A stretch of DNA of 35,957 nt from Trichomonas gallinae (lineage: Eukaryota), in assembly GCA_008369845.1 (NCBI GenBank), contig MRSU01010363.1:1-35957 (forward strand), written 5' to 3'. The position numbers and the translations under genes were made by a program. Shown in pieces: positions 32,477-35,957 of the stretch; the first letter of the stretch is position 1; each line of letters begins with the position of its first letter. A model generated the notes under the pieces. The model made no database searches and had not been told where the DNA came from. It worked only from the letters and a program-made list of their open reading frames with translations.

Positions 32477-32879
32477 TTACTTCTACACTTGTTTTCTAAT
32501 TTTTTTCCCATCTCAAATTATCCTGTTTTTTTATAAATAAATGTATCATTGTTTTAAATAGCTCCACTCAAATCGATATAATTATAGTTTCCTGTTAAAT
32601 TTTTGCGATGAATTCAAAAAATTATATAAATACCTTATTTTTTTGATGAATTTTCGCGTATTAAGTTTTGTTTCTATTATACATTTTAGTGGTAATGAGA
32701 TGACACTTATAATCAAATTAATCAATTTCCTTGAAGAAAATTTTGCCATTCTGTCAATAACTTGTCAAAATGTCAAATTTTGTCGAAATAAATTTCAAGT
32801 CCAAATTAACAAAAATGACCATGGATATCGAATTTATAATCCAATATTTGTGAAATTTCCAAAAAACAAAAGTCAAATT

Positions 32880-34202
32880 ATGCTTTGTTGTTTATTCTTA
32901 CGTAGGAGAGTTGAAGTTATGAGAGCAGTTCAAGCTGCTTACGTAGGAAGTTTCGGATTTCTTGCCAATGGATCATATTCATTTGAATTTAATCCTATTT
33001 CTAAAGATAATGAAAATTATACAATTAATTTAGGCTTTTTAACGAAAAAAGAATATAGAAGTATACCATTTTACAACCATAAGGCTGCAATTGACTGCTC
33101 TAATCATCAAAGTGATTTGAATTTCACAATCGAATTATCAAATAAAACAGTAAAGCTCGAAGGAACGATTCGAGATGAACACATATACATTTTTAGAATC
33201 ATAAAATGCGATTTTTCAAACTCTTTTAGTTTCACAGAAAGTTTTAGAAATCAATACACTTTATTAGATTCAAGAGAGATACCTTGTAGCATTATTTATC
33301 CAATATGCATCGGCCTTATATTGCAATTATTGGCAGCATGGATCTTATACAACGCGAAAAAGAATAGAGCAAAAGGTGGAGTCTTTTTATTCACTTCTGC
33401 ATGCATAGTAGTTTACACATCACATTTAATTGCAGAGTATATAGCGTTCAAGATATCAGAAAAGTCTGATTCTTCACCTGTTGGAATAATTTTAACAAGA
33501 ATTATTGATGTATTGAATGATTCTGTGTTTTTCACAGCTATTATCTTCATTTCTAGCGGATATGGTCTCATAAATGTACAGTTGTCGCTTTTCATGAAAT
33601 TTAAGGCAATATTCCTTCCTCTGCTCATGTTTTCCTTCGCAACAGTCGCTGGATTCCTCCCTGCATACATGTCTATGATCGCTTACCCTGTTGTTCTGCT
33701 TTTTGGCCTCATTATAGGCTTCGACGTCTATCGTTTAATCAATATTGCTGAAAAACGCGTTCTTGCTCACATGCTTATTGTCCAGCGTACAGGCATAGAC
33801 CCTGAGACAACTCCTATTGGCGCCCGTTACAAGATCTTCCACCAGATGATGCTATACATTGCAGCTGCGCTTGGTGTGTTCTGCATAATGCTCGTCTTGG
33901 AGGCATGCTTGGACTTCGACAGGTACCTGTTTGAGCTCATCGATTTCTCTGTCCACTACTCGCTTCTAGCTGCACTTCTGATAATATACAGGCCTGGACG
34001 TGCAGACTTCTTGGCAGACGAAAGCCAGAACCCGGCAGAGACATTCGACCTCGACGACTTAGACACAGTTGGTGACACATTGCGTCTTAACTCTACATCA
34101 TCCACAATGCGTCGCTGGGAGCCAGGCGAGGCTCTTCCTCGGGAGCCAACATACACAACAAAGAAGAAATCCACCGGTGGACAACTTTACAGCGTTTTAT
34201 AA
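32880..34202 (+). CDS. GOST/LUSTR-type (GPR107/GPR108/TMEM87-like) seven-TM Golgi protein, 440 aa
   Basis: Luminal domain with FGFLANGSYSF, then FRNQYTLLDSREIPCSIIY before TM1, IIFISSGYGLI, about seven hydrophobic helices, and an acidic tail. Likely start MLCCLFL at 32880; the track start is an upstream TTG. Confidence 0.72.
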   Translation: MLCCLFLRRRVEVMRAVQAAYVGSFGFLANGSYSFEFNPISKDNENYTINLGFLTKKEYRSIPFYNHKAAIDCSNHQSDLNFTIELSNKTVKLEGTIRDEHIYIFRIIKCDFSNSFSFTESFRNQYTLLDSREIPCSIIYPICIGLILQLLAAWILYNAKKNRAKGGVFLFTSACIVVYTSHLIAEYIAFKISEKSDSSPVGIILTRIIDVLNDSVFFTAIIFISSGYGLINVQLSLFMKFKAIFLPLLMFSFATVAGFLPAYMSMIAYPVVLLFGLIIGFDVYRLINIAEKRVLAHMLIVQRTGIDPETTPIGARYKIFHQMMLYIAAALGVFCIMLVLEACLDFDRYLFELIDFSVHYSLLAALLIIYRPGRADFLADESQNPAETFDLDDLDTVGDTLRLNSTSSTMRRWEPGEALPREPTYTTKKKSTGGQLYSVL

Positions 34203-34476
34203 CTTTATCATTCGTGTTTGATGCATTGGATATTGTATGTAGTTGTATTAAAAAAAAAGGAAAAATCACTTTAATCATTCCTAAATTTTTCTTTAAGAAT
34301 CACCTTCCGTGTCAGATTTTTCCCGTCCCTTATAGTAACTGATTTTAATAAGTCCTCAATACAAAAATTTACTTTGATGATAATTGGAAAATGTCGAATT
34401 TTTGTATTGTAAAACTAACAATTGTATTTTTTGGCAAATAAAGAGTCAAAAATTATGTTACATGTCAAAAATTGTA

Positions 34477-35092
34477 ATGAATAATAATAAGAAGTTTGGT
34501 TTTAATTTTACTGCGCCTCCAGTAGCAAATCCTAGTGCTGCATTACAATGGAATGATTACAATCGAAATAGGCAGCCAATTAAAGTTCTTGGTATAAAGA
34601 AACTACAGAGAAATTTGAAGAAATTAAAGAAAAACAACCGTTGTTGAGTCAGATAGCTCTTCATATGATGAACAAGAAAATATAGAATCAAAAATCGAAA
34701 ATAACGAAGGCGAAAGTAACTGGGAACAATTTAGTAAATACTTGAATGAGCGAAAAACAAATGTTGAGCCTAAAAAGGAGGAATATAAACCTAATGATCC
34801 ATTTTTCATTATAATGAACAAAAAGAAGGAAAAGAAACTACTTATTTACATACCTGGTCAACCAAATAGGTTTGGAATCAATCCTGGCCCTTGGTGGGAT
34901 GGAATTAATAGATCCGATGTTTTCAAAAGGACGCGATTTGAAATCAAACAACAAAATGAAGAAGTAAAGGATAAAGAATACCAGAAAATGATCAGCTGCT
35001 TATTATTTCGACAAAATATCATTTTCAAATTTTATTTTCCAAAATTCTTTGCTAAGAAACCGTTTCATCTGAACTCATATATCAGCAAGTAA
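34477..35092 (+). pseudogene. BUD13: Frameshifted Bud13/Cwc26 (RES complex splicing factor) homolog
   Basis: PNRFGINPGPWWDGINRSDVF matches the Bud13 C-terminal PNRF.I.PG..WDGVDRSNGF motif, preceded by NDPF. The ATG-34477 frame stops at 34647; the conserved part is in another frame. Confidence 0.7.
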
Positions 35093-35602
35093 GCTTCTGT
35101 TCAATGCTGAACTTACTTATCAGCATCTGAAATTGATTGAACAAGATTGATCATAAATACGAATATAGCTCCTGCAGATTTATAGGATACAAATTATAAA
35201 GGTTTAAATCGGTTTTGGTTGCCGATATCTGATAACATAGTTCAAAGTATGAAAATCGAAAGAATCAAGCTTAACAGTAATGCTATGGTACCATCTATCA
35301 GCTGGCACTGTGTTCTTGCCTCAAAAATTAAAATCGGCAAATTGATTAAATTGACTATAAGAAAAATTTAGGAATGATTAAAGTGACTCTCTCATTTTAA
35401 TCCATCCCCATCATTATTATGTTTTAAAACGTTTTTTATAGATAATATTTCAATTAGTAAAAGCTCCCAGTTCATGGGTAGGAGCATTCTTAGGATTATA
35501 AGCATAATATTACACGTATTACTATCAGCGTTAGTTTTACCTTCTTTAAAATCTCATAGTTGCTATGCAATGAATCTGACAGGTGTAAAACCCTCAAACA
35601 AC

Positions 35603-35657
35603 TTTTTTTTTATTTTTTATTTTTTATTTTTTTTATTTTTTATTTTTTAATTTTTTT
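35603..35657. repeat. Low-complexity (T6A)n tract
   Basis: Repeated TTTTTTA units. Confidence 0.8.
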
Positions 35658-35957
35658 GCTGATTTTGTCAGCATTTCATCCACTCTGACTCTGCCCCTTC
35701 AGATGTTTGGCTTGTTTATTACGACAGCCAACCTTCTTCTTCACTCTTTAATGACACAAATCCAACAGTTTCCGCCACAAACAACGACATCTTTGTTTTC
35801 CTTTGCAAATTCGAAGATACACGACAAAGCATTAACATATTGGATAGCAACTACGAGATATTACACAGCGAATGCATATTCAACAAAAATACTCAGCCGA
35901 TTAAAGTTGTTGGAAACAGTTCTGTTGTCCAACACCGATTTTGTTCATACAAATCCA
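35650..35957 (+). pseudogene. 5' part of a Cys/Asn-rich surface-type family gene, apparently lacking its ATG and frameshifted; runs off the window
   Basis: ATT TTT TTG CTG ATT TTG TCA GCA TTT (IFLLILSAF, signal-like), one extra base, then the open frame IHSDSAPSDVWLVYYDS...DIFVFLCKF...ILHSECIFNKN...VVQHRFCSYKS. Confidence 0.55.

Noticed and set aside
35703..35957. Second open frame starting ATG TTT GGC
   Set aside because: It overlaps the more family-like Cys/Asn frame and is probably open by codon bias; it cannot be assessed beyond the window edge.
1..35957. Autonomous transposons (Maverick/Polinton, Mariner, Mutator, Kolobok) or a laterally acquired bacterial operon
   Set aside because: No transposase, integrase or polymerase ORF and no long terminal inverted repeats seen; the genes have eukaryotic domains and trichomonad promoter signals.

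Overview
AT-rich, gene-dense eukaryotic DNA. It is almost certainly from a trichomonad parabasalid (Trichomonas vaginalis or a close relative; inference). Support: TCA(T/C)(T/A) initiator elements just upstream of several ATGs, an AAAGTGAC (M2-type) promoter motif, nearly intronless genes, and one spliceosomal intron with the trichomonad signature GTATGT...RCTAACACACAG. The window opens with the 3' end of a tRNA. It then carries about 14 apparently intact genes: a ChAPs/exomer-type adaptor, a 1617-aa helical protein with a separase/CHAT-like C-terminal motif, an ankyrin protein, a GNWxEE axonemal protein, TM9SF, a Rab, a tetraspanin, AP-1 gamma-adaptin, two CAMK-type kinases (one intron-split), CYFIP/Sra1, a GOST/GPR107-like 7TM protein and two hypotheticals. 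There is also a glycine-rich gene with a possible 5' frameshift. Decayed or frameshifted genes include Bud13, two members of a Cys/Asn-rich surface family and other relics. Main second-look items: the rare intron, a Golgi/endosome trafficking-rich neighbourhood sharing a TGACATGTAAA upstream motif, a 122-bp TTAA-flanked CCCAT...ATGGG element with internal palindromes, and the apparently catalytically dead separase/CHAT-like giant protein. All family calls come from motif recognition by eye; no database search was run. I see no convincing wholly new multi-gene system.
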